Numbered from the stretch's first letter, positions 48,204 to 58,781 are shown. The stretch is 58,834 bases of DNA from an uncultured Flavobacterium sp. (GCA_964629155.1 CAZVQI010000002.1:1-58834); one strand, 5' to 3'. Made by a program: numbers and translations. The notes: generated from the sequence alone by a model not told the origin.

Positions 48204-50588
48204 TTATTTTCCAAAAGTAAATAAACGTTTATACCAAGGAGATTTTTCTTTTTCTATACCATAACCGTATCCATAACCATAACCATATCCATATCCATAA
48301 CCTTTTCTCGAATAAGTATCATTTAAAAGAGCAGACATATTCGGTAGTTTTTTCTCTAAGTACAATTTTTGAGGGAAATGAAGCAGACGCTTATCTAGAT
48401 AATTTTCTCGGATTACATATATAAATGCGTCTGCATTTTGGGCAATAAGTAAGGTGTCTGTTACTAAACTTACAGGTGCTGTATCTACTACAATATAATC
48501 AAATTGTGTTTTAAGATACGAGAACATTTCAGTTACTTTGGTACTCATCAAGAGTTCTGCAGGGTTTGGAGGAATAATTCCCGGAGGAATAACGTAAAAT
48601 TCTTTATAACCTTCTTGTTTTACAATTATAGAGTCTATATCAATATCATTTGAAGCTAAATAGGAAGTAAGTCCTTTAGGTGGTGTTTTCAGATAATCAG
48701 AAAATTTTGGATTACGAATATCCATACCTATAAGTAATGTCTTCTTACCCGATAGAGCAAAGGTTCCTGCAAGATTAATAGCTATAAAAGTTTTTCCTTC
48801 TTTTGGAAGAGTTGAAGTTACAAAAATTGTTTTTGCTTGTCCCTCAGGAACTTGACTTAGTATAAATTCCATGTTGGTTCTAATTATTCTTAAAGCCTCT
48901 GCTGACCCCGAACGACTGGAAGGCTTTATAATTTCTTCATTAGACTCCGAGTGAGGAACATCTCCTAAGAAAGGTATTGTTAAAAGTTTTTCAACATCCA
49001 AACGACTTTTAACTTTAGTATCCATTAAGTTTATAAGATATATAATAGCAAAAGGAATAAGTATTCCCAAAATAAAAGCGGCTATATATATTATTTTTCC
49101 TTTTGGAGAAACAGGAGTGTCTAAAGTTTGAGCAGAATCTATAATTTTTGCATTAGGAGCCATTGCAACCAAAGAAATTTCAGTTTCTTCTCTTTTTTGA
49201 AGAAGGTATAAATAGAGTGCGTCTTTTATTCCTTGTCGTCTTCCAATACCTTTGAATTCTTTTTCTAAGGTAGGAATAGTATTTATCCTACCACTCAAAT
49301 TTCCCCTTTGTTTACTGATTTCAGACCGTGTTATAAGTAGATTTGATTTTAATTGTACCAAATTACCTCGAATAGCTTTTTTATAAGCTTCTATTTGTTG
49401 ATCAAGTTGTTTTATTTTGTGGTTTTCCGGACCGGCACTTTGAGCTAAATTATTTCTACGTAATACTTGACGATTGTGTTCATCAATTGCAGTAGCTAAT
49501 GCCGGATCAGAAGTAAGAGGGTCCAACATAGGAAAAGTTTTACCTGTTGTATCTTCATCTATAAATCCAGTAATTACATTATCAATAATTTCTATTTGGT
49601 TATTGATATCAATATATTTTTTTTCAAATTCACTGGCATTTTCAACCCATACTTTGGCCTCTGTAATTATATCAGTAACATGATTTTTTTTCTTGAATTT
49701 TTCCGCCTCTCCTTCTACCTCCTCTAATTCTTCGGCTAATACAGATAATCTTTTAGAAAGGAAGTCTAATGTATTTTCTGAAATAAAACGTCTGTCAGCA
49801 ATACCTTCAGAGTTATATAATTCAATAAGAGTGTTGAGGTAATCTTCTGCTTTTTGTCTATTAGAATGAAGTACAGTAAGCTCTAAAACACTAGTGTATT
49901 TTCCTAACAGGCGAATTTGTAACTGATTTCTATATGCTTGAGCAACTTTTTTTACAGATTCAATTATTATGGAAATACTGAATTGGTCATTTGAAAAATT
50001 TTCTTCAACTTTATTGAGTACAAACTTTCCTAAATTGTTTACTAATGTATCTCCATATTTGTATTCCCCTATTTTTTTTTCTTGAAAAGAAAGAAGAAAG
50101 GTGTTGTTGTTAATTCCTTCTACTTCAAACTTTAAAGAACCTATAAGTTTTGATTCATCACTTAACTCAATAATGTCAATATTAATAGGTGATTTTTTGT
50201 ATAAATCAAAAGACTTAATTTTTCCGTCTTTATAATATAATATATTTAGATTTAGTTTTTCAATGACTTTCTCGGAGAGTGTTCTGGAACGCAGAATTTC
50301 CATTTCGTTTTCTGCATTATCTTTAGTTCCTTTTAGTACTCCTAAATCAGAAAAGAAAGACAACTCATTAGCTGTTCCTCCTCTGTAATCATCTTTTAGC
50401 ATAATAACAGAAGCTGCTTGATAAATGGGGGTAGAGTATCTTAAGTAGAGGTGGGCTCCGACTAGCATTAAAATGATAGCTAAAACAAACCATCTCCAAT
50501 GAACAAGATAAAGCTCTACTTGTTCTCTTAAATTTAGGCTTTCTGTTTTATCGTCGTCAAAAAAATTGTCTTGAGAATTATTATTCAT
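48204..50588 (-). CDS. wzc: Polysaccharide co-polymerase / tyrosine kinase (Wzc/GumC)
   Basis: Two TM flanking coiled coil, PKEGKT Walker A, DTAP Walker B, Tyr-cluster tail. Confidence 0.93.
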   Translation of the reverse strand: MNNNSQDNFFDDDKTESLNLREQVELYLVHWRWFVLAIILMLVGAHLYLRYSTPIYQAASVIMLKDDYRGGTANELSFFSDLGVLKGTKDNAENEMEILRSRTLSEKVIEKLNLNILYYKDGKIKSFDLYKKSPINIDIIELSDESKLIGSLKFEVEGINNNTFLLSFQEKKIGEYKYGDTLVNNLGKFVLNKVEENFSNDQFSISIIIESVKKVAQAYRNQLQIRLLGKYTSVLELTVLHSNRQKAEDYLNTLIELYNSEGIADRRFISENTLDFLSKRLSVLAEELEEVEGEAEKFKKKNHVTDIITEAKVWVENASEFEKKYIDINNQIEIIDNVITGFIDEDTTGKTFPMLDPLTSDPALATAIDEHNRQVLRRNNLAQSAGPENHKIKQLDQQIEAYKKAIRGNLVQLKSNLLITRSEISKQRGNLSGRINTIPTLEKEFKGIGRRQGIKDALYLYLLQKREETEISLVAMAPNAKIIDSAQTLDTPVSPKGKIIYIAAFILGILIPFAIIYLINLMDTKVKSRLDVEKLLTIPFLGDVPHSESNEEIIKPSSRSGSAEALRIIRTNMEFILSQVPEGQAKTIFVTSTLPKEGKTFIAINLAGTFALSGKKTLLIGMDIRNPKFSDYLKTPPKGLTSYLASNDIDIDSIIVKQEGYKEFYVIPPGIIPPNPAELLMSTKVTEMFSYLKTQFDYIVVDTAPVSLVTDTLLIAQNADAFIYVIRENYLDKRLLHFPQKLYLEKKLPNMSALLNDTYSRKGYGYGYGYGYGYGYGIEKEKSPWYKRLFTFGK
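48257..48302 (-). repeat. Coding repeat for the (GY)n tyrosine cluster of Wzc
   Basis: Imperfect CCATAA/CCATAT hexamer repeats encoding GYGYGYGYGYGYGYG. Confidence 0.85.
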
Positions 50589-50596
50589 AGTTAAAA

Positions 50597-51385
50597 TTAT
50601 CTTGTTATTACAACAATTACAGATATTACGGATGTTAAAACAGATAGAGCGGACAACATTACCGAAATATTAGGCCCTACAGCAGAAGAATTGATTCTGG
50701 TTTTGTTAGGCTCAACATATACAATATCGTTTGGGGTCAAATAGTAAAATTCGGAATTTATAAAATCAGGAGTAGTAATATCAACTCTATTAGAGGTGAT
50801 TTTACCTTCTTTTTCTCTTATAATCAATATATTATCTCTTCTGCCGTAAATGGTTAAATCTCCTGACATACTTAAAGCTTGTAAAAGAGTTACTCTTTCG
50901 GTGTTTATACTATGAGTACCAGGTCTATTAACCTCACCTTGAACAGATATTTTAAAATTAAGAAGACGCATGTTTATTGTAGCGTCAGAAATATAGGGTT
51001 TAATAGTTTCCGTAAGAATTTCTACAGCTTGGGACTTTGTAAGTCCTCCTAATTTAATTTTTCCAATAATAGGAAAAACAATAAACCCTTCTTTATCTAT
51101 AAGGTAAGTTTGTAATCGAGTATTTGTATTTGACGATTCATCGGTAGGTTGAAAGCCTATCATTTTAGGGTTAAAATCGATTGAAAGTTCCGGATGTTGA
51201 GAGTTTACAATAATACTAAGTAAGTCATCAGGTTGTAATATGGGTTCATAGGAAGCAGAAATTTGTGTTTGATGGTTGTCAACGTCAAGAAGGTAGACAA
51301 TTTTTTTTCTGGAAGCACAAGAACTTAGAATCAATGAGGTCAATAAGAAAGTAAAAACAGAAAGTTTTTTTATATAATTTTTCAT
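50597..51385 (-). CDS. wza: Polysaccharide export lipoprotein Wza
   Basis: Lipobox ILSSC, LQPDD, GEVNRPG, GDLTIYGRR; TACTTTTG at 51430-51437. Confidence 0.92.
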   Translation of the reverse strand: MKNYIKKLSVFTFLLTSLILSSCASRKKIVYLLDVDNHQTQISASYEPILQPDDLLSIIVNSQHPELSIDFNPKMIGFQPTDESSNTNTRLQTYLIDKEGFIVFPIIGKIKLGGLTKSQAVEILTETIKPYISDATINMRLLNFKISVQGEVNRPGTHSINTERVTLLQALSMSGDLTIYGRRDNILIIREKEGKITSNRVDITTPDFINSEFYYLTPNDIVYVEPNKTRINSSAVGPNISVMLSALSVLTSVISVIVVITR

Positions 51386-51498
51386 TATTATTGTTTTCGC
51401 TAAATTAAAATGACTAAATATAAAGTGCACAAAAGTAATTTTTTCTGTAATAAGTTCTAAATAATTTATTTAATAAAGCAAGGTGGGTTAATATAAAT

Positions 51499-53475
51499 TT
51501 AATTTATCCTGTCTAATTCCTGATAAATAGAATTCATGCTTTTAAACTCAGGAACTATATTTTTCATCATCATTACTACTTCTTCTTTCTCGAAAGCAGC
51601 TGCTTTCGAGATTAATTGGTCAATTTTAGCAACTAAAATATCATAGTCCTCACAATGTTCTTTCGCAATCATTATTTTTTCATGATAAGTATTCATTGTT
51701 TTGGCAGAATCGTTTAGGAGCTCTTCATAGAGTTTTTCCCCTTTTCGTAATCCTATTATTTTTATTTCAATATCTTTTTCAGGTACAAATCCCGCTAACT
51801 TAATCATTTTTCTGGCCAAATCAATAATCTTGACAGGTTTTCCCATATCAAAAATGTAGATTTCTCCACCTTCTCCCATCGCCCCTGCTTCAAGTACCAA
51901 TTGGCATGCTTCAGGAATAGTCATAAAATATCGTATGATATCAGGATGGGTAATAGTTACAGGTCCTCCTTCTTCTATTTGTTTAGAAAATAGCGGAACA
52001 ACAGAGCCGTTAGATCCTAATACATTTCCGAAACGGGTAGTTATATATTTAGTGAGAGGTTTTTTGTTTTCTGCTTTTAGTTTAAAAAATAGAGATTGGA
52101 CATATTTTTCTGCAATCCTTTTAGATGCCCCCATTACATTACTCGGATTAACAGCTTTATCGGTAGAAACCATCACGAATTTACTCACATTATATTTGTG
52201 AGCTAAATCAGCTATTATTTTTGTTCCTAATACATTTGTGTATATAGCTTGGCATGGAGCTTCTTCCATCAAAGGAACATGTTTGTAAGCTGCCGCATGA
52301 TACACAACATCAGGTAAGTGTTCACTAAAAATTTTTTCCATTATGTTTTGATGTCGTATATCTGCAATAACCGGACATATTTTATTAGAAGAAAAATCTG
52401 TTTTGGATATTTCTAAGCACAAGTTATGTAGAGGGGTTTCCGCCTGGTCTAATATGATTACTTTTTTAGGCGAAAAATTCAAAACTTGCCACACTATTTC
52501 GCTTCCGATAGAACCTGCTCCTCCTGTGATAAGTATTGTTTTACCTTTTAATTGGTTTGAAATACCATTATTATCAAGTACAATAGGTTTTCTTTCTAAT
52601 AAATCTTGAATTTGAAAACTCTTTATCTTTTTCGAGATTTCTTTTTGATTTTCCCAATCCGTAATAAAAGGAACCGAATAAACTTTGTAATTGTATTCCA
52701 AGCAATTTTCAACAATAGAGACTTGCGCTTCTTTCGGCAAAGATTTGTCTGCAATAATTAAAGCTTCTGCTCCATTGGCTCGCATTATTACAGATACTTT
52801 TTTGTTATGGAAAAATATAGGAAGGTCTAAAATTCTTTTTGAAGTAGTTTTTTGACTGTATTTGTCTATAAAACCTACTAATTTAAAACGAGAAGGGGTT
52901 TCTGAACGCAATGCATTAGCTACAGAAATTGCATTGGCATCAACCCCATATATCATTACTCTGACTTGGTTTTTATTTCCGTTGTCAGCAATATATTTAT
53001 CATAGGCTTGCTTTACAATTAATCTATAAATAAATAATCCTGAAAAAGAAAAACCTATATTTATAATTAGTCCTATAGTTGAAAATATGTAGCTTTTTTC
53101 AATCAAAAAGAAAATAGCATTTACACACAAAAAAATGATAAATGTAGCTGTTTGAGAAAAAAGAATTTTAAAAGCATCAACATAAGAAGAATATCTTACA
53201 ATCCCTGAATATATTCTGAAAACTCTAAAAAATAATAAATTGGTAAATATATATAAGACCACACCTTCTACTGTATAATTTGGAAGTATATAGTATTCAC
53301 CAAATTGTTTTAAAATGATGTAAGTCAAAAAAGCCGATAGGCATATAATAAAAATATCTATGCACAAAATAATCCAACGAGGTAAGTAACCGAGATTTTT
53401 TAGAGTGGTACTCAGTTTTTCCCCATAAAAGTGTAAAATATTTCTTGAATGTTCTTTTCTGATGTTTTTTTTCAT
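51499..53475 (-). CDS. Membrane-bound UDP-GlcNAc 4,6-dehydratase (PglF/WbpM/CapD)
   Basis: 4 TM, TGGAGSIGSE, HAAAYKHVP, STDKAVNP, RFGNVLGSNGSV. Confidence 0.93.
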   Translation of the reverse strand: MKKNIRKEHSRNILHFYGEKLSTTLKNLGYLPRWIILCIDIFIICLSAFLTYIILKQFGEYYILPNYTVEGVVLYIFTNLLFFRVFRIYSGIVRYSSYVDAFKILFSQTATFIIFLCVNAIFFLIEKSYIFSTIGLIINIGFSFSGLFIYRLIVKQAYDKYIADNGNKNQVRVMIYGVDANAISVANALRSETPSRFKLVGFIDKYSQKTTSKRILDLPIFFHNKKVSVIMRANGAEALIIADKSLPKEAQVSIVENCLEYNYKVYSVPFITDWENQKEISKKIKSFQIQDLLERKPIVLDNNGISNQLKGKTILITGGAGSIGSEIVWQVLNFSPKKVIILDQAETPLHNLCLEISKTDFSSNKICPVIADIRHQNIMEKIFSEHLPDVVYHAAAYKHVPLMEEAPCQAIYTNVLGTKIIADLAHKYNVSKFVMVSTDKAVNPSNVMGASKRIAEKYVQSLFFKLKAENKKPLTKYITTRFGNVLGSNGSVVPLFSKQIEEGGPVTITHPDIIRYFMTIPEACQLVLEAGAMGEGGEIYIFDMGKPVKIIDLARKMIKLAGFVPEKDIEIKIIGLRKGEKLYEELLNDSAKTMNTYHEKIMIAKEHCEDYDILVAKIDQLISKAAAFEKEEVVMMMKNIVPEFKSMNSIYQELDRIN

Positions 53476-53532
53476 AAAAACAGTTTGTCATTTAGACTTA
53501 CTCAACGAAGATAGAGATTTTTTTAAGAAAAA

Positions 53533-54654
53533 CTAAAAAAACTGGTTAAAAACCAAAGAGATTCTTTCTTTGTCTTTATCGGATAAATTAGAGCCGGAAG
53601 GTAGGCATAATCCTTTTTGGAATAAAGTTTCAGAAATCGTATTTCCGTAATATGGAAACTTTTCAAAAACAGGTTGTAAATGCATAGGTTTCCATAGAGG
53701 GCGACTTTCTATATTTTCTTTTTCTAAAAGTAATCTTAATTTTTCTCGAGATCCATATGAGTCCATAACAATACAAGACAACCAGTGATTAGAGTAAAAA
53801 TCATTGTTTGGCTCAGAGTGTACCATTATGTTATTAATATTCTCAAAATATTTTGAATAAAAATCATGCATAGCTCTTCTTAAAGCAATATGCTGTTCTA
53901 ATACTTCCATTTGACCTCTTCCAACTCCGGCACAAATATTACTCATTCGATAATTATATCCTATTTCGCTATGTTGATAATGAGGGGCATTATCTCTTGC
54001 TTGAGTGGACAAAAAAACGGCTTTATCTTTAAGTTCTTTAGAATGAGTAACAATAGCTCCACCTCCTGAAGTTGTTATTATTTTATTTCCGTTGAATGAA
54101 AGTGTACCGATATCTCCTATTGTTCCACATTTTTGCCCTTTGTAAGAACTGCCTAATGCTTCTGCAGCATCTTCGAGAATAGGAATTTCATATTTGTTAG
54201 AAATTTCTCTTATTTCATCAACTTTAAAGGGCATTCCGTATAAATGAACTGCAATAATGGCTTTTGGTTTTTTACCTTTTGCTATACGATCTTTTATAGC
54301 ATCTTCTAAAGCGGTAGGGCACATATTCCATGTGTCCGGTTCGCTATCTACAAAAATGGGAATTGCTCCAAGATATACAATAGGGTTGGCCGAAGCAGAA
54401 AAAGTCATACTTTGGCAGATTACTTCATCGTCTTTTTTTACACCTAAAAGAATAAGTCCCAAATGTAGAGCTGCTGTACCTGAACTTAGGGCAGCAACAA
54501 ACACGTTGTTTTGTAAATAGTTTTTTAAATCTTCTTCAAACCCATTCACATTAGGTCCTAAAGGAGCCACCCAATTGCTGTCAAAAGCTTCTTGGACATA
54601 TTTTTGCTCACCTCCTCCGAGGTGAGGAGAGGAGAGCCATATCTTATTATTCAC
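53533..54654 (-). CDS. DegT/DnrJ/EryC1/StrS sugar aminotransferase (PglE-like)
   Basis: SSGTAALH, EDAAEALG, SFNGNKIITTSGGG, GYNYRM; TACATTTG at 54673-54680 favours a GTG start at 54654. Confidence 0.92.
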   Translation of the reverse strand: MNNKIWLSSPHLGGGEQKYVQEAFDSNWVAPLGPNVNGFEEDLKNYLQNNVFVAALSSGTAALHLGLILLGVKKDDEVICQSMTFSASANPIVYLGAIPIFVDSEPDTWNMCPTALEDAIKDRIAKGKKPKAIIAVHLYGMPFKVDEIREISNKYEIPILEDAAEALGSSYKGQKCGTIGDIGTLSFNGNKIITTSGGGAIVTHSKELKDKAVFLSTQARDNAPHYQHSEIGYNYRMSNICAGVGRGQMEVLEQHIALRRAMHDFYSKYFENINNIMVHSEPNNDFYSNHWLSCIVMDSYGSREKLRLLLEKENIESRPLWKPMHLQPVFEKFPYYGNTISETLFQKGLCLPSGSNLSDKDKERISLVFNQFF

Positions 54655-54935
54655 AGGATTGTAATTTTTTCGCAAATGTATAACATTTTTATGAATAAAT
54701 CTCTTTGTTAAGTTTTACTTTGAGAGGGTTTGTTTAAATTTTCTTTTTTTATGAAAAGATGATTCAATTTAAGTTTGTTGTTAACGTTTTTTAAAGAAGA
54801 TTGTATAGGAAAAAGTGAAGGAAAATTGAGAGGGTGAATAAAAATAAATTTATAAGTTTTGTTATGTGAGTAAACTCAATATTATAGAGGAATTTTATGT
54901 ATTTTTGCAAATACAAATAGGATACGTTACGAATA

Positions 54936-56396
54936 ATGCTTAAGCAAAATTTACAACTCAAACTTTCACAGAAGCTATCTCCTCAACAGATTCAGCTGAT
55001 GAAACTCATACAGCTGCCTACACAGGCATTTGAGCAAAGATTAAAAGAGGAAATGATAGAGAATCCCGCATTGGAAATGGGGAAGGAGGATGAGTTTGAA
55101 ACTTCCGAGTATGATACACCGGAGGATAATTATGATGACTATGAAAGTGACAGGATTGAAGCGGAAGACATTAATATTGATGAATATTTAAGCAATGATG
55201 AAACTCCCGAGTATAAACTCCACAGTAATAATTATAGTAGTGATGACGAAGAAAGAGAAATTCCAATTGTGGCTCAAGTGAGTTTTCATCAGGATTTACT
55301 CAATCAATTGAATACCTTTATTTTATCTGATGCTGAAAGAGAAATTGCTGAATTTTTGGTAGGGAGTATAGATGATGTAGGATATATTAGACGTTCGGTT
55401 CAGGATTTGGTTGATGATATGGCTTTTACACAAGGGATTTATACAGATGAAGCAACTGTTGAAAAAATATTGCAAATAGTTCAAGAGTTAGAACCGGCCG
55501 GAGTTGGAGCCAGAGATTTGCAAGAATGTTTACTTTTACAGTTAAAGCGGAAAACCCCTACAGATTCTGTTGAATTGGCTCTTGATATTATAGAAAATCA
55601 ATTTGACGCTTTTACTAAAAAACACTACGATAAGCTACTTCAAAAATATGGAGTATCTCAAGAGCAACTCAGAAAAGCTATTGATGAAATTGAACGGTTG
55701 AATCCAAAGCCGGGAGGTTCTTATGCCGGAGGAAGTAAAATTGCAGAACATATAGTTCCTGATTTTACCATCCGAATTGTAGATGGAGAGTTAGAACTTT
55801 CGTTAAACGGAAGAAATGTGCCTTCTTTGCACATCTCTAAAGATTATCAGGAAATGCTTCAGACTTATAAAGATTCTAAAGATAAGTCCAGTACGCAGAA
55901 AGATGCAGTTCAATTTATCAAACAAAAACTCGATTCTGCTAAATGGTTTATTGATGCTATAAAACAACGGCAAGAAACGCTTTTAATTACTATGAATGCC
56001 ATTATGCAATATCAAAGAGAATATTTTTTAGAAGGTGATGAAACAAAATTAAAACCGATGATTCTCAAAGATATTGCAGATATGATAGGTTTTGATATTT
56101 CTACGGTTTCCAGAGTAGCAAATAGTAAATATGTAGAAACACCGTATGGAACTAAACTTCTTAAAGACTTCTTTTCGGAATCTATGAAAAATGACCAAGG
56201 AGAAGATGTTTCTACTATTGAGATTAAAAAAATTCTACAAAACGTAATTGAAGAAGAGGATAAACAAAAGCCATACCCGGATGATAAATTAGCGGAAATT
56301 TTAAAAGAAAGAGGTTACCCGATTGCACGAAGAACTGTTGCAAAATATAGAGAGCAACTTGATATTCCGGTGGCAAGAATGAGAAAGAAAATATAA
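54936..56396 (+). CDS. rpoN: RNA polymerase sigma-54 factor
   Basis: Gln/Leu-rich region I, PAGVGARDLQECLLLQL, RpoN box ARRTVAKYRE; TATTTTTG at 54900-54907. Confidence 0.98.
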   Translation: MLKQNLQLKLSQKLSPQQIQLMKLIQLPTQAFEQRLKEEMIENPALEMGKEDEFETSEYDTPEDNYDDYESDRIEAEDINIDEYLSNDETPEYKLHSNNYSSDDEEREIPIVAQVSFHQDLLNQLNTFILSDAEREIAEFLVGSIDDVGYIRRSVQDLVDDMAFTQGIYTDEATVEKILQIVQELEPAGVGARDLQECLLLQLKRKTPTDSVELALDIIENQFDAFTKKHYDKLLQKYGVSQEQLRKAIDEIERLNPKPGGSYAGGSKIAEHIVPDFTIRIVDGELELSLNGRNVPSLHISKDYQEMLQTYKDSKDKSSTQKDAVQFIKQKLDSAKWFIDAIKQRQETLLITMNAIMQYQREYFLEGDETKLKPMILKDIADMIGFDISTVSRVANSKYVETPYGTKLLKDFFSESMKNDQGEDVSTIEIKKILQNVIEEEDKQKPYPDDKLAEILKERGYPIARRTVAKYREQLDIPVARMRKKI

Positions 56397-56492
56397 ATTC
56401 TGAATGATTTTTGAAAAAACAGCCTAACAAATTTTCTTTTTGAGACCAAATTACGATATATTTGTAGCTTGAACAATTTACAGAGTATGAAT

Positions 56493-57611
56493 ATGAAATT
56501 TATAGTATCAAGTTCTCTTTTACTAAAGCAGTTACAGGTGCTGAGCGGTGTTGTAAACAGTAATAACACAATTCCTATTTTAGATCATTTTTTATTTGAA
56601 CTCAATAATAAAGAACTTACAGTTACAGCTTCTGACCTTGAAACAACTATGTCAGCTGTATTAGAAATTGACTCTGATACGGAAGGAAGTATTGCTGTAC
56701 CTGCACGTTTACTTTTAGAGACACTTAAAACTTTTGCCGAACAACCACTTACATTTACAGTTGAAGACAACAATACGATTGAAATCAGTTCTTCTTCAGG
56801 AAAGTATGTTTTGGCTTATGCTAATGCAGAAGAGTTTCCTAAGGCAATTTCATTACAAGACGCTTCTAAAACGGTTGTTCCCGCAGAGGTTTTAGCTACA
56901 GCTATCAGCAAAACTATCTTTGCTACAGGAAACGATGATTTGCGTCCTGTAATGTCGGGGGTTTTCTTTCAATTTACACCTGACGGACTTATTTTTGTAG
57001 CTACGGATGCTCATAAATTAGTGAAATATTCTCGCACGGATGTCAAGGCTGACCAAACAGCGGAATTTATTATGCCTAAAAAACCGCTGAATATTTTGAA
57101 AAATATTTTAGCCGTATCAGATGCAGAGGTTACGGTTGAATACAATGAATCAAATGCTGTTTTCTCTTTTGATAACTACACATTGACGTGTCGTTTGATT
57201 GACGGAAAATATCCGAACTACGAGGCAGTAATTCCAAAAGAAAATCCTAATAAACTTCTGATAAACAGAACTCTGTTTTTGAATTCTGTTCGAAGAATCT
57301 CTATCTTTTCAAGTAAAACTACTCATCAAATTCGCTTGAAAATGGCGGGAACAGAATTGAATATTTCGGCAGAGGATTTGGATTATTCAAATAAAGCCAA
57401 TGAAAGACTAACTTGTGATTATCAAGGAGATGATCTGGAAATAGGCTTTAATTCTCGATTCTTGTCAGAGATGTTAACCAATTTGGCAAGCGATGAAATT
57501 TCTCTTGAGATGTCTTTACCGAACAGAGCCGGAGTACTTACTCCTGTTGATGGTTTGAGTGACGGGGAAACAATTACGATGCTTGTTATGCCTGTAATGC
57601 TAAATAATTAA
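56493..57611 (+). CDS. dnaN: DNA polymerase III beta clamp
   Basis: ASDLET, DDLRPVMSGV, VATDAHKL, GKYPNY, IGFN, LVMPV; TATATTTG at 56457-56464. Confidence 0.97.
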   Translation: MKFIVSSSLLLKQLQVLSGVVNSNNTIPILDHFLFELNNKELTVTASDLETTMSAVLEIDSDTEGSIAVPARLLLETLKTFAEQPLTFTVEDNNTIEISSSSGKYVLAYANAEEFPKAISLQDASKTVVPAEVLATAISKTIFATGNDDLRPVMSGVFFQFTPDGLIFVATDAHKLVKYSRTDVKADQTAEFIMPKKPLNILKNILAVSDAEVTVEYNESNAVFSFDNYTLTCRLIDGKYPNYEAVIPKENPNKLLINRTLFLNSVRRISIFSSKTTHQIRLKMAGTELNISAEDLDYSNKANERLTCDYQGDDLEIGFNSRFLSEMLTNLASDEISLEMSLPNRAGVLTPVDGLSDGETITMLVMPVMLNN

Positions 57612-57618
57612 AAATTAG

Positions 57619-58596
57619 CTACAATATCATCAGGTTACATCCTCTGATATCGGAGTTGTCAAAACGCCCTAAAACTTCAAAACTACCGTTATTGTGTTTT
57701 TTGCCTAAATCTTGAGTAGCAATAAAGCTGCACGAGTTGATATTGGCTAAGTCAATGACGTTAATACCGCCTGTTTTGTTAGTTTTTACATAGCTAAAAG
57801 GGTCTTCGGTGTCTCTTATCAGAATTTGCATCCAAGAGGGTGTTTCAAAAAATCCGTTTCCGGTGGAATAAGCTTGAGATAAAAGCTCAGTCATTCCGTA
57901 TTCGGAATGAATAGCAGAAACACCAAATCCATTTCGGAGGATTTGGTGTAAATCTTCTCGAATTATTTCTTTCCTTTTGCCCTTCATTCCTCCTGTTTCC
58001 ATAATAATTGTGTTTTTTAGGTTGAATTTTTGTCTTTCTACCAAATCCAAAAGGGCATAAGTAATTCCTATTAATAATACGTTTTGTCCTGAATTGTCAA
58101 GAGCAATGAGTTTTTCGGAAAGTTCATTGTAATTATGTAAATAAAAACCACTTTCAGCATGGTTACTTTTCTTAATTAAATCTTCTACCATATATATCAG
58201 CGAAGAACCTGTTCTTTCTAAATAGGAAGGGAGTAAAGCCAAAACCACATAATTTTCTATATTTCCATAAAATGTAGAAAAACCTTGCAGATAAGACTGC
58301 TCGTATATTGAAACATCAGTTACCAAGTGAGAACTGGTGTTCTGTGAAGTTGTTCCGCTGCTGGTAAAAATAATTTCTATCGGTTTTTTAGAAGAAAGGA
58401 TTTGGTGAGATTTAAAAAATTCAATGGGTAAAAATGGGATTGTTTCCAGCGTTTTTACCTGAGTTATATCGGTTTTTAATAAATCACAAAATTGGCGATA
58501 AACAGTGTTGTTTTCGTATTGAAAACGAAAAATTTTAAGAGCTGTTTTTGTAAACTCTTTGTTGTTTTTTATCGAAAAAATATCCTCTGCATTCAT
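57619..58596 (-). CDS. LuxE/PaaK-like acyl-protein synthetase / acyltransferase
   Basis: FTSSGTT, ETGGMKG, SEYGMTEL, FIATQDLG, LGR...RGC. Confidence 0.85.
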   Translation of the reverse strand: MNAEDIFSIKNNKEFTKTALKIFRFQYENNTVYRQFCDLLKTDITQVKTLETIPFLPIEFFKSHQILSSKKPIEIIFTSSGTTSQNTSSHLVTDVSIYEQSYLQGFSTFYGNIENYVVLALLPSYLERTGSSLIYMVEDLIKKSNHAESGFYLHNYNELSEKLIALDNSGQNVLLIGITYALLDLVERQKFNLKNTIIMETGGMKGKRKEIIREDLHQILRNGFGVSAIHSEYGMTELLSQAYSTGNGFFETPSWMQILIRDTEDPFSYVKTNKTGGINVIDLANINSCSFIATQDLGKKHNNGSFEVLGRFDNSDIRGCNLMIL

Positions 58597-58600
58597 ACAG

Positions 58601-58608
58601 CAAAGATA
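58601..58608 (-). promoter_or_regulatory. -7 promoter immediately upstream of the LuxE-like ATG
   Basis: TATCTTTG-CTGT-ATG on the minus strand. Confidence 0.6.
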
Positions 58609-58677
58609 GTTTTTTGTATTGGCTTTTTGAGAATCTGATAAAGCAAATAATTTATCTTATTCGGTTGAATTCTTGTT

Positions 58678-58696
58678 ATTTAGAATGAATAAAAAT
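58678..58696. promoter_or_regulatory. Putative Flavobacteriales Fur box
   Basis: ATTTAGAATGAATAAAAAT, 15/19 to the recalled palindrome ATTTAGAATTATTCTAAAT. Confidence 0.4.
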
Positions 58697-58752
58697 TACA
58701 TTTTGTTATTTGCTAATTATAAGTGTTTTTTTGCCATATTGACAATCGTACG

Positions 58753-58760
58753 TATATTTG
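58753..58760 (+). promoter_or_regulatory. -7 promoter of probable nuo operon
   Basis: TATATTTG 21 nt upstream of ATG 58782. Confidence 0.65.
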
Positions 58761-58781
58761 TGGAATTTAGAATTTATTGTA

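Noticed and set aside
48257-48302. Hexamer repeat as VNTR or CRISPR-like array
   Set aside because: Explained by the Wzc tyrosine cluster; no spacers or cas genes
51445-51465. Fur-like half site upstream of wza
   Set aside because: Only one half (TTCTAAATAA) matches in very AT-rich DNA
50072-53472. A8-A9 homopolymers in wzc, wza and pglF as phase-variation tracts
   Set aside because: Similar runs occur in housekeeping genes of this AT-rich window and all frames are intact
560-56773. Many 60-120 aa antisense or off-frame ORFs in the ORF track
   Set aside because: They overlap well-supported genes and show no motifs; shadow ORFs
56493-57611. dnaN without dnaA as a sign of oriC or rearrangement
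   Set aside because: dnaN is commonly unlinked from dnaA in Bacteroidota; no DnaA-box cluster seen
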